Shown here: positions 1 through 7,546 of the stretch, piece after piece
How positions within the stretch are numbered: the stretch's first letter is position 1
Layout: the number at the start of each line of letters is the position of its first letter
From: an uncultured virus (IMG/VR IMGVR_UViG_3300011440_000022)
Taxonomy: Duplodnaviria; Heunggongvirae; Uroviricota; Caudoviricetes
IMG/VR virus record: IMGVR_UViG_3300011440_000022
Strand: one strand, 5' to 3'
Length of the DNA: 20,000 nucleotides
Notes under the pieces: generated by a model
What the model was told of the DNA's origin: nothing
The model's database searches: none
The model's input: the letters and a program-made list of their open reading frames with translations, nothing else
Position numbers and translations under genes: made by a program

Positions 1-2676
1 GTTCTCCCCGGTCGGGCTTATCAGATAGAGATTCCCGATGATGGTCTTGTCGCCGTAGTAGCTCTTTTTCACATCGAAGGCGGCTGACTTCACGTAAAAG
101 AGACCGGTCGAACTGTGCTCTGGATTGACGGGATTTGAAAGGATGACGCTCTGCCCCACCCACTCGTTGAGCGAAGTCTCGTTGTGATGTGTCCCGGCAT
201 CTTCTATCGGAGGAAGGCCTTGCAAGGACGCGACGAAGTCTTCGTAGATCGAGTCCAGACCCACCGACTCGCCAATTTGAACGTGGGCATTGACTCCGGT
301 TGTGGGATCGGTGTAAGTCGGTGACACCCCGAGAGCCGCCAAGTCAGCCGGGGTGTAGGGAGTCGTATTCCAGGCCGTGGGCTGGTCAAGCTCTTCCGCC
401 AAGTCAGTGTCTTCCGGCTCACCGCCAGAAAACTCGGTGCTGGTTGCGGTGTCATCGGCGGTGATGAGGTCATCCCGAAGCATCATCCCGAGGGTCTGAT
501 CCTGGGTGAAGGGATCGGGAATGTGCCACTGAGCCTTGATTTCAACGTCTTCGTTTTCCCACTCTGGCCTAGAGATGAAGCGCTCTTTGCCATCGAGCAT
601 CGAGGTCATCGCAATCGAGCTTTCCGAGATACCGTCGATCCGATAGACCACGTCATGCTGTGTGCCCGGCTTCTCAGGGTCGGGGTAGCGGTGAAAGAGG
701 AAGTCACCCGCCTTGGCATCCGCGAAAATGTCCTTGCTCACCAGCGCTTGGGGTTGCAGTGCCAGCGGTGGCTTGTCTGACCCCTCGTTGGAAATGGTCA
801 GATTGAACAGATTCCACAGTGAGTGCCCGACAAGCTGATTGTTCGTCTGAGCGACCTCGTACTGCGTATGCAGTTGATTGAAAGACTCCGTTGGCTCAAC
901 CACACGAGGGGAGTAGTGGGAACCGGGAACGGTTGTGTCCATGTAGACGGTGTGGTTGTCGGGATCGACCGCCGAGACCATTTGCAAATTCCCGGTCATG
1001 TCCACGCCGGTCACACGGAACAGCCCAATGCGCCCGCCACCGGGATAAGCAACAACGGTGTCACCAAGAACCGGGCCGAGTTCAGGATCGGAATTCTGCC
1101 ATAGCGTTGCTAGTTCGGCTTCCATCTTGTTTATCAAATTCGATGGAGTGAAATTGATCGTGCCGGGTTCCCACTGATTTGAAATCGGATTCCAAAACAT
1201 CTGAGAAGACACGTTGCCCTTGCCCACCGTTATCAACTTCGGCGGCGTGTACGAGGCAAACGGGTCAGCCACTCCGTACTTTTCCAAGAGGTAGTCCCGA
1301 CGAGCAATCAAGATGTCCGCTACGTCGGGGTCGAGGCCAGCACCGGAGACCATGTTCTTGATCTGTGAGGGACGAATCGCAGCGACTCGCTGCGCTCCCA
1401 TCTTCTGCTCGTTCAGAGTGATCCCGGCGAAGACTTGGGACGAGGAAGGGTTGATACTTGAATTGAGGTAGCTATCGACCTCACCAACTACGCGCCCAAA
1501 CTGGCTCCCCTTCGGAGCGCCTTGCGCCCGGTACTGAAGTGAGCCACCGGTGTCGATCCGATACGGCACCCCGTCCACGACCATGATGTTGTCGTGGGTC
1601 ATACCGGCTACGTCCCAATTGGCGAGCCAGGCATCGACCACCATGTTTTCGCGAATCTGGCGAATCACATCGGGATCATCGAGCGCCTTGCTCAGTGGAA
1701 CGACCGTGCCCTCGGGAGTGGCGCTTTTCAAAATCTTGGAAGCCACCGTCTGATGCTGGCCGAAGTAAAGGTCTGGCACCGGAACCCCGGCCACCTTGTA
1801 AAGCTCGTTCGCCAGCATCTCATTGGCACCGTGATCGAGGCTCTTGGTGCGTTTGATGTAAAACTGCGTGCCGGGTGCGATGTCCTCGTGTTCCAGGGCC
1901 AATCGAGCCGCCTCTTGGACGGCGGGATCAGTCGTGACCCACACTTTCAAATCAGCGGCATTCCTGGCTTCGTCCCACGCCGGGTTGACCCCTTGCTGAT
2001 AACCGGAGCCACCGTTGCCGTAGATGACCTCTTGGTTCCCAGCCTTGTCGGTGTACGTCGCCACGAAATACTGAGGGGTGCCCATCGCACTTTTGAAAGC
2101 AAGTGATTGGTTCGGGTAGTCGATGAAGCTGAGGTCATCGCCGAGCGACTCGGCAACTTGAGTGACGTAGTCACTCGTGGGATCGACGGCCAGTTTCTCC
2201 GTTTCAGTTGTGGTATAAAACCCGCCAGGATTGGAGCCTCCCTGTGCTCCGCTCTTGATCCAGTTGTCCATTTCCATGTCGGACTGTGGGTCGGGCGTGG
2301 AATGAATGGTGCCCTTCGGAGTGGGGAGTCCGTAAGCCTGGTTGGTCGGGATGACGACATTCGCTCCGAGCTTCTCATCATCGGGCGCAACGATGAGTTT
2401 CCCGCTCGGGAGAATGTTCTCTACCCGACCCCGCTGCCAGATGCCATCGAGTAGCCAGCGAATGAAGCCGCCGGTCTCGATGAACTTCCCGTCCGGCCCA
2501 CGAGGATGAAGGTCGGGATTCCAATACGAGCCAGCGAGCAGACCAGCGGTGGCGAACCCCCGAGCACGACGAGTCGCATACCAGCGAGTCGTTCCGTCGT
2601 TGAACATGTCGAGAAGCGACTCGACATTGTCCTCACTGAGTTCCAGACCCCGAAGTTCGGGCTTATCCAGCACCAC
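1..2676 (-). CDS. Large multidomain (polyvalent-type) phage protein, 3' end beyond the window edge: N-terminal HPR-motif/SH3-like module, HipA/PI3-4-kinase-like domain, then several small beta-rich SH3-like modules
   Basis: Not in the supplied ORF track. Manual translation gives a frame open from GTG 2676 (GGAGG 8 nt upstream, overlapping the end of the upstream gene) to position 1 with no stop (892 codons): MVLDKPELRGLELSEDNVESLLDMF...WNPDLHPRGPDGKFIE...WIKSGAQGGSNPGGFY...GTQFYIK...NEMLANELYKVAGVPVP...VVDAWLANWDVAGMTHDNIMVVDGVPYRIDTGGSLQYRAQGAPK...ILIARRDYL. The G-loop, Lys, Glu, catalytic Asp...Asn and IDxG motifs appear in atypical-kinase order. Confidence 0.85.
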   Translation of the reverse strand, partial: MVLDKPELRGLELSEDNVESLLDMFNDGTTRWYATRRARGFATAGLLAGSYWNPDLHPRGPDGKFIETGGFIRWLLDGIWQRGRVENILPSGKLIVAPDDEKLGANVVIPTNQAYGLPTPKGTIHSTPDPQSDMEMDNWIKSGAQGGSNPGGFYTTTETEKLAVDPTSDYVTQVAESLGDDLSFIDYPNQSLAFKSAMGTPQYFVATYTDKAGNQEVIYGNGGSGYQQGVNPAWDEARNAADLKVWVTTDPAVQEAARLALEHEDIAPGTQFYIKRTKSLDHGANEMLANELYKVAGVPVPDLYFGQHQTVASKILKSATPEGTVVPLSKALDDPDVIRQIRENMVVDAWLANWDVAGMTHDNIMVVDGVPYRIDTGGSLQYRAQGAPKGSQFGRVVGEVDSYLNSSINPSSSQVFAGITLNEQKMGAQRVAAIRPSQIKNMVSGAGLDPDVADILIARRDYLLEKYGVADPFASYTPPKLITVGKGNVSSQMFWNPISNQWEPGTINFTPSNLINKMEAELATLWQNSDPELGPVLGDTVVAYPGGGRIGLFRVTGVDMTGNLQMVSAVDPDNHTVYMDTTVPGSHYSPRVVEPTESFNQLHTQYEVAQTNNQLVGHSLWNLFNLTISNEGSDKPPLALQPQALVSKDIFADAKAGDFLFHRYPDPEKPGTQHDVVYRIDGISESSIAMTSMLDGKERFISRPEWENEDVEIKAQWHIPDPFTQDQTLGMMLRDDLITADDTATSTEFSGGEPEDTDLAEELDQPTAWNTTPYTPADLAALGVSPTYTDPTTGVNAHVQIGESVGLDSIYEDFVASLQGLPPIEDAGTHHNETSLNEWVGQSVILSNPVNPEHSSTGLFYVKSAAFDVKKSYYGDKTIIGNLYLISPTGEN
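2477..2524. repeat. Direct repeat copy 2 (encodes WNPDLHPRGxDGxFIE)
   Basis: 40/48 nt identical to 4563-4610; 21-nt exact core GGATGAAGGTCGGGATTCCAA at 2504-2524. Confidence 0.9.
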
Positions 2677-4777
2677 CGGGCGCGCCTCCCACACTCGCTC
2701 CTGCTCCGGCACCCTTCGGCGGCACGCCGTAAGAAGTAGCGAAGTCATTGGCCTCTTTCAAAACGTCGAGGATGGGGAGGTCGATTTCCTGCACTGGCAT
2801 ATCGAGGTCTTCCAGCCCGCCTTCCGCTGCATCCAGACCGACCACCGCTGCCCACCGATGGTGGCCGTCCACCACGTAATCATCTGAGGTCGTGAAAATC
2901 GATGACTCACGGATGACGTTGCGGGCAGTCTCGGTATCGCCTTCCAGCCACTTCATCATCCCGGCGACCTTGGCCCCGACTAGCTCGTTCTGAGAGGCCT
3001 TGAGATGCGAAGCCGGTCGCCTCTTCTCAGTGACCGAGATGCCCTTGTCCCGAAGGTATTGAGCAAAGGCAGGCCCGATGTCAACTTCGCCATCCTTGTT
3101 CTTGGGGAGCGCATCGGCGGGAGACCCCTCGACCGGGATACCGGAAAGCTGTGGCATCTGGATTCTCGGGATGCCCTTCGACTCAGCGCAGAAGAGGTTG
3201 GTGTCGGGAACCGAGACCAAGCAGAGGTCGTAGTTGGGAGCATCTTCGCCCGCAGCCTTGGCCTCGTTAGCGATTCGGGCAAGCTCATCAAGCAAGGTCG
3301 AGACTTGATCGACGCTCTGTAGCTCGACGTACTTCCCCTCGTGCAAAGCAGTAACCGCCTCCATCACGTCCGAGGTTTGGAGTGGATTCTCTCTCGACCC
3401 GACCTCACCAGCTTCGACCGAAATCTCTTCGCCGATCTGATTGGTATTGGCCCCGGCAATAGCGGGAGTCAGCCCCTCATCGGTGCCCTCTCGAAAGCTC
3501 GGGAGAATGTCGGTGGTCTTGCCCTGGTAGCTGCCGTTGTCGGTACGAATCGTGACTCGGCCAGGATCATTCTCAGCAAATTCAAAATCCTCAATCACAC
3601 CGGGAATGTCACCAGGCAAAATGATTTCGTCACCCACCATGAGGTTCCCAACCTCACGACTCTCGTTGTAGGCCCGAGGCTCGGCGGGCGAAGCCGGTGT
3701 CCGAGGCCGATCCAATCCACGAGCCGTAAATTCCTCTTGGAGATACTCGGCATCCAGGCCAAGCGATTCGACCAACTGCTCATCAACGTCGCCAATGGCG
3801 GCATCGACCGTGCGTTGGTAAGTGTCACGAAGCTCATCATCACTGAGATTACGGAAGGGACGATCTTCACTGCGACGTGGGATCGAACGACGATCTAGCT
3901 CTTCACGGAGCAGCGTGTTTTCCAATTCCACATCGAGCATCTCGCCTTCAGGAAGATCACCGATCAGTTGGTCAACCGACTCGGCGTAGCGAGTCTGAAG
4001 ATCAGAGTCGGATAGATTTTCAAAAGGCCTGCCCTCGGGCACCACTTCCGGTGCTTCCGGCCCCGGCTGTCCCGCCCGAACCCAATCATCGAGGTCAAGT
4101 ACCTGCTCGCCCCGGCTCTCGGCATCGAGTCGATACCGCTGAAATCCCTCAGCAACCGACTTGGGAACGCCAGTCGAAAATGCCTCTTCCAACCCTTCGG
4201 TCTCAAGCAGATAGGAAGGCTCGGGAGGTTGATGAACTCGATTTCGATATGCCTCCATCCGACGCAGCCGCTCGGCGGTCGGATCAGTCCGGCCCTCAAA
4301 CTCCTGCATCTCCCGAGAACTTGGAATCTCCGGCACCGACCGGATGAAGTCACCGCTGTCTCGTCGCCCAAAGTCCAGATCGGCCTTGACCTCGGGAGCA
4401 GTCGCTACTTGGTTCGGCTTCACCGTGACCGTACGCCCATCGGAAAGCTCAACGTCGATGTCGGGATTGCCTTTAGTTCTACCGGGCCGAATCTCTTTGA
4501 CCTTGCCCCTGGTGCCGTCCGGCCCATCACCAAAATCAAAAAGCTGAATGAGACCCATCACTTCGATGAAGCGTCCGTCCCGGCCTCGGGGATGAAGGTC
4601 GGGATTCCAAACGGCGGCGGTCAGCCCATGCACCAGCACGTAATTGACCTCCCGAAGATCAATCCCCTCGTTCAGAGCTTGGGCCTCCAAACCAGCAACG
4701 ATTTCCAAATTTGGCTCGGGATAGGAAAGGGCTTCCTCCCACTCGGCATAGAGGTCGAGCACTCGTTCGTTTGTCAT
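2663..4777 (-). CDS. 704-aa multidomain phage protein: N-terminal HPR-motif/SH3-like module, internal helical duplication, C-terminal ParB/Srx-like domain
   Basis: ATGA overlap with the portal stop. Contains WNPDLHPRGRDGRFIE and, near the C-terminus, LKASQNEL...IFTTSDDYVVDGHHRWAAVV...MPVQEIDLP, the DGHHR signature of the ParB/sulfiredoxin fold. Strongly acidic composition. Confidence 0.8.
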   Translation of the reverse strand: MTNERVLDLYAEWEEALSYPEPNLEIVAGLEAQALNEGIDLREVNYVLVHGLTAAVWNPDLHPRGRDGRFIEVMGLIQLFDFGDGPDGTRGKVKEIRPGRTKGNPDIDVELSDGRTVTVKPNQVATAPEVKADLDFGRRDSGDFIRSVPEIPSSREMQEFEGRTDPTAERLRRMEAYRNRVHQPPEPSYLLETEGLEEAFSTGVPKSVAEGFQRYRLDAESRGEQVLDLDDWVRAGQPGPEAPEVVPEGRPFENLSDSDLQTRYAESVDQLIGDLPEGEMLDVELENTLLREELDRRSIPRRSEDRPFRNLSDDELRDTYQRTVDAAIGDVDEQLVESLGLDAEYLQEEFTARGLDRPRTPASPAEPRAYNESREVGNLMVGDEIILPGDIPGVIEDFEFAENDPGRVTIRTDNGSYQGKTTDILPSFREGTDEGLTPAIAGANTNQIGEEISVEAGEVGSRENPLQTSDVMEAVTALHEGKYVELQSVDQVSTLLDELARIANEAKAAGEDAPNYDLCLVSVPDTNLFCAESKGIPRIQMPQLSGIPVEGSPADALPKNKDGEVDIGPAFAQYLRDKGISVTEKRRPASHLKASQNELVGAKVAGMMKWLEGDTETARNVIRESSIFTTSDDYVVDGHHRWAAVVGLDAAEGGLEDLDMPVQEIDLPILDVLKEANDFATSYGVPPKGAGAGASVGGAPGGAG
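4563..4610. repeat. Direct repeat copy 1 (encodes WNPDLHPRGxDGxFIE)
   Basis: 21-nt exact core at 4590-4610, identical to 2504-2524. Confidence 0.9.
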
Positions 4778-6399
4778 GGCTGCTCCCTCGGCGGCAGATT
4801 GCCTCCCGGCTGAACCTCACCGCCCTGCATGGCTTCGTCCGGTGGTGTGCGGCCACCGGCTGGGTTGGTCTCTGATCTGAACATCGCCCCGAGTTCGTCC
4901 ATCCCGCTTCCCTCCCCGCCACCGCCCTCAAGCAGTGACGAGATGTCGTCGGGGATACCGGCCTCTTCCTGCCCGGCTTGCCGAAGAGAAGCGAAGTATT
5001 CGGGATTGAGCCTCTCGATGAGAGCAGCGGCAATGTCGGGAGGAATCTGTGTCCGCTCCAAAGCCATGCGAGTGAGAAGCTCGTCATCGGTCGGTTTGTC
5101 GTAATCGGTGAAGCCCCGAGCCGACCGCCACGCCTGGTACGAGATGATGTTCCGGTCAAAGCCCTCATTGGCCGCGGTGCTCTTGTCGGGTCGGGTGACA
5201 ATGTCAGATGGATCGAACCAAATCACCAATCGATTGATAAGGGTCTCATCCTCTTGGGGATGGAGCTTTTTCAGCGCCGGTCGGAAGTAGACCGTGGTGA
5301 GAGCATCCACGATCATCAAGGCCAGCGGCTCGATGTGGGCCTTGTAGAGATTGTCGTCAATGATGATGGCGTTGGAGAACTTGACATCGCTCAAGCCCTG
5401 CACCACGTTCTTTGGAATGTCAATCCCCTGCAAAACCCGGTCAAGAGTTGCCTCGGCAAGCTGAACCATTTGCTCGTCTACGGGACGGCCCAAGTCGATC
5501 TTTTTCAATTCCTTACCGAGCGCAGCCGGGCCGGTGAGGATCAATGGCACCACCGAAGTCGCCGCTGACTCTTCCTCCAACGGGGAGACCGCCGCCTGAA
5601 TCAGAGCGTCTTCGATGCTCTGCGGGTTGTCGTCATCGATGCCAGCGGAGAGGCCGTCCGGCACGAAGATGACTCCGGCGTTCATCCGAGACCGAGTCAT
5701 CATTCGGATGGCCTGCGTGAGCAAGGTCAGTTGCTCGCACGAGTCAAGCACACCGATCATGGACGAGTCAGCGTCGGATGAGAAGCGAGGATGGGAGCGC
5801 CAGATACGGGCGACGAAGGTGTTGTCGGGGAGCTTGTCATCCTTGCTCGCCGTGACCGTCGAGGTCTTCCGGCTACGTTGAATGGTGTAGCCCTGACCCG
5901 CCCCGTTGGATTTCAACTCGTCGGTCGAGGCAATCGTCCATTGCTTTTCGCGAACCAAGTAACACTCGCCGGAGACCGAGAGATTGATCCCGAGTTCACG
6001 AAGCAGTCCCGAACCCATTCCCGGCGAGTTCACCAATAGGTCGTAGAGCACCTTGTCTGCCGCCGAGACCAACTCGGCGGTGTTGTCCGGCCAGACCTCG
6101 TGCTCTCTTGCAAACTCTTCCAAAAAGAGACTGGATCGCACCGGCGCAGATTCAGGGTCATCCACGATGGCGGCGTAGAGCCTGATCTGAGAAAGAATTT
6201 GCCCGATCAGATTGAACGCAAAGTGAAGCTCGCCGATGGAGTCGTAGAACGACCACGCCGCCGTCTGCCAGGCCTCGGGCTTGTGGGTCTCTTCGTTACG
6301 TTTGGTGAGGTCGATCTTCTTGGCTGAGGCCGAGAACGACCGTGGGGAATTGAATGGCGGTGCTTGTTGCCGCCCACCATCATCCTCAAAAAACCTCAT
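4774..6399 (-). CDS. Phage portal protein (resembles mycobacteriophage cluster B-type portals)
   Basis: 541 aa. AWQTAAWSFYDSIGELHFAFNLIGQILSQIRLYAA, NLSVSGECYL, RIWRSHPRFSSDADS, SRMNAGVIFVPD and IWFDPSDIVTRPDKS are motifs I recognise from actinophage portals. ATGA overlaps at both ends. Confidence 0.85.
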   Translation of the reverse strand: MRFFEDDGGRQQAPPFNSPRSFSASAKKIDLTKRNEETHKPEAWQTAAWSFYDSIGELHFAFNLIGQILSQIRLYAAIVDDPESAPVRSSLFLEEFAREHEVWPDNTAELVSAADKVLYDLLVNSPGMGSGLLRELGINLSVSGECYLVREKQWTIASTDELKSNGAGQGYTIQRSRKTSTVTASKDDKLPDNTFVARIWRSHPRFSSDADSSMIGVLDSCEQLTLLTQAIRMMTRSRMNAGVIFVPDGLSAGIDDDNPQSIEDALIQAAVSPLEEESAATSVVPLILTGPAALGKELKKIDLGRPVDEQMVQLAEATLDRVLQGIDIPKNVVQGLSDVKFSNAIIIDDNLYKAHIEPLALMIVDALTTVYFRPALKKLHPQEDETLINRLVIWFDPSDIVTRPDKSTAANEGFDRNIISYQAWRSARGFTDYDKPTDDELLTRMALERTQIPPDIAAALIERLNPEYFASLRQAGQEEAGIPDDISSLLEGGGGEGSGMDELGAMFRSETNPAGGRTPPDEAMQGGEVQPGGNLPPREQP

Positions 6400-7139
6400 G
6401 TCACCGATTGCGTGAATACGTAACAGGGGTTCCAGACAGCGAGAGCCAGCCGTTCGACCTTGTAGAGCAGGGTGTTCGACAGCAACTCTTCGTAGCTGGA
6501 AGTGGTGAATTCCTCTGACACATACACATCGATTTCGCCACCGTGTATTGCCATCTGACCAGCCGGATAGTTCCCAACCACGACGGGGTTGCCGGTGACG
6601 GATGAGTAGAGCTTGCCGTCCTTCTCGGTCATCGCACCTTCGGCCAGGACTGCGTCATAGGCCGACATGTGGATTGTCCCGCCCTGCATCCCATCTGCGA
6701 TCAGCTTGGCCTCCAACCGGGCCATCGCCTCTCGTGAGTTGGCGGCGGTGCCGCCGGTAGCAACGCCATCCGAGAGCTTGGGATTGGTCGGGGAAGTTGC
6801 TGTCCCTCCCCATATCGCCTCTTCGATGGCGGCGGAAGTCTTGATGTCGAGTTCCCGTTCAACCGCCTCGGTTATCTCGTGGCCGATGAATTGCACTCCG
6901 AACTCGATCACGAAAGGAACGAATGACACCGCATCGGGGCAATCTTGAAAGTCGGCTGACTTCTCAGCGGGCGGGCAGTTGGCCTCTTCGACATTGACAT
7001 CGAAGCAACCCTGCGGAACGAAGACGACTCCCTCTTCCCACCGCCCATCACTGCCCGGTCGATTCCCGGTGTCCAGAAGGTTGTGCTTGGTACCGAAGAT
7101 GTCCGGCGCATCTACGGACTGATTGAGCAATAGCACCAT
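6396..7139 (-). CDS. Probable second/minor HK97-type capsid protein (major capsid pentamer-like, as in cluster B mycobacteriophages)
   Basis: 247 aa with the pattern RWEEGVVFVPQGC...K...VPFVI...IEEAIWGG...AMARLEA...GTIHM...TGNPVVVGNYP...VERLALAVWNPC, resembling the short capsid pentamer family. GAAAGGGAG upstream of the ATG. Confidence 0.6.
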   Translation of the reverse strand: MVLLLNQSVDAPDIFGTKHNLLDTGNRPGSDGRWEEGVVFVPQGCFDVNVEEANCPPAEKSADFQDCPDAVSFVPFVIEFGVQFIGHEITEAVERELDIKTSAAIEEAIWGGTATSPTNPKLSDGVATGGTAANSREAMARLEAKLIADGMQGGTIHMSAYDAVLAEGAMTEKDGKLYSSVTGNPVVVGNYPAGQMAIHGGEIDVYVSEEFTTSSYEELLSNTLLYKVERLALAVWNPCYVFTQSVT

Positions 7140-7240
7140 GTTCGACCCCGAACTCCCTTTCGACGTTGTGTCGTGCCGTCAGATCAGTTCAGGGTCTAGA
7201 AACTTCGTGGGAGCATAGTCACACGAAGACGAGCGACGGG

Positions 7241-7330
7241 TTACCAGATGGTGGCTGCAAGCCAGATGATTCCCAGGACGACGAGAACCAAAAGCGCAAT
7301 CTTGAGAATCACGTCGAGGTTGATGGTCAT
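7241..7330 (-). CDS. 29-aa single-pass membrane peptide
   Basis: MTINLDVILKIALLVLVVLGIIWLAATIW*. AGGAGG overlaps the upstream stop about 10 nt before the ATG. Below the ORF-track length cutoff. Confidence 0.7.
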   Translation of the reverse strand: MTINLDVILKIALLVLVVLGIIWLAATIW

Positions 7331-7344
7331 TGCCCGCTTCCCTC

Positions 7345-7536
7345 CTACTCAGATGGAGCGACCTTACTCTCTGACTCTGGCTCGGGTGCGTTGTGAGTGA
7401 GGTCAACCTTTTCGGCCCAACTCCGTGCATCCTCGGTGCAATCAGGACAACCGGCAAGCAGTCCCGAAATCCATGTCAGCAATTGCTCGGGGTCAATGGT
7501 GTTCTCGGTCTCAGTCTTTCGTCGTTTCAATAGCAT
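7345..7536 (-). CDS. Hypothetical 63-aa protein with a CxxC motif
   Basis: Fills the gap after the tail fibre; GAGAGG upstream; contains LAGCPDC. Confidence 0.6.
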   Translation of the reverse strand: MLLKRRKTETENTIDPEQLLTWISGLLAGCPDCTEDARSWAEKVDLTHNAPEPESESKVAPSE

Positions 7537-7546
7537 GTCTGGCCTC

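Noticed and set aside
1870..2214. Intein as the explanation for the kinase insertion
   Set aside because: No N-terminal Cys/Ser splice block and no His-Asn followed by Cys/Ser/Thr at the downstream boundary.
204..2739. Many short ORF-track calls on both strands in the first 2.7 kb
   Set aside because: They are shadows of the single long minus-strand frame 2676 to 1, which carries coherent motifs.
2663..4777. ParABS partition system
   Set aside because: No ParA, no HTH after the ParB-like domain, and no parS-like palindromes seen.
7203..7228. Inverted repeat CTTCGTG...CACGAAG as a terminator
   Set aside because: Only a 7-bp core stem with a long loop; too weak to call.
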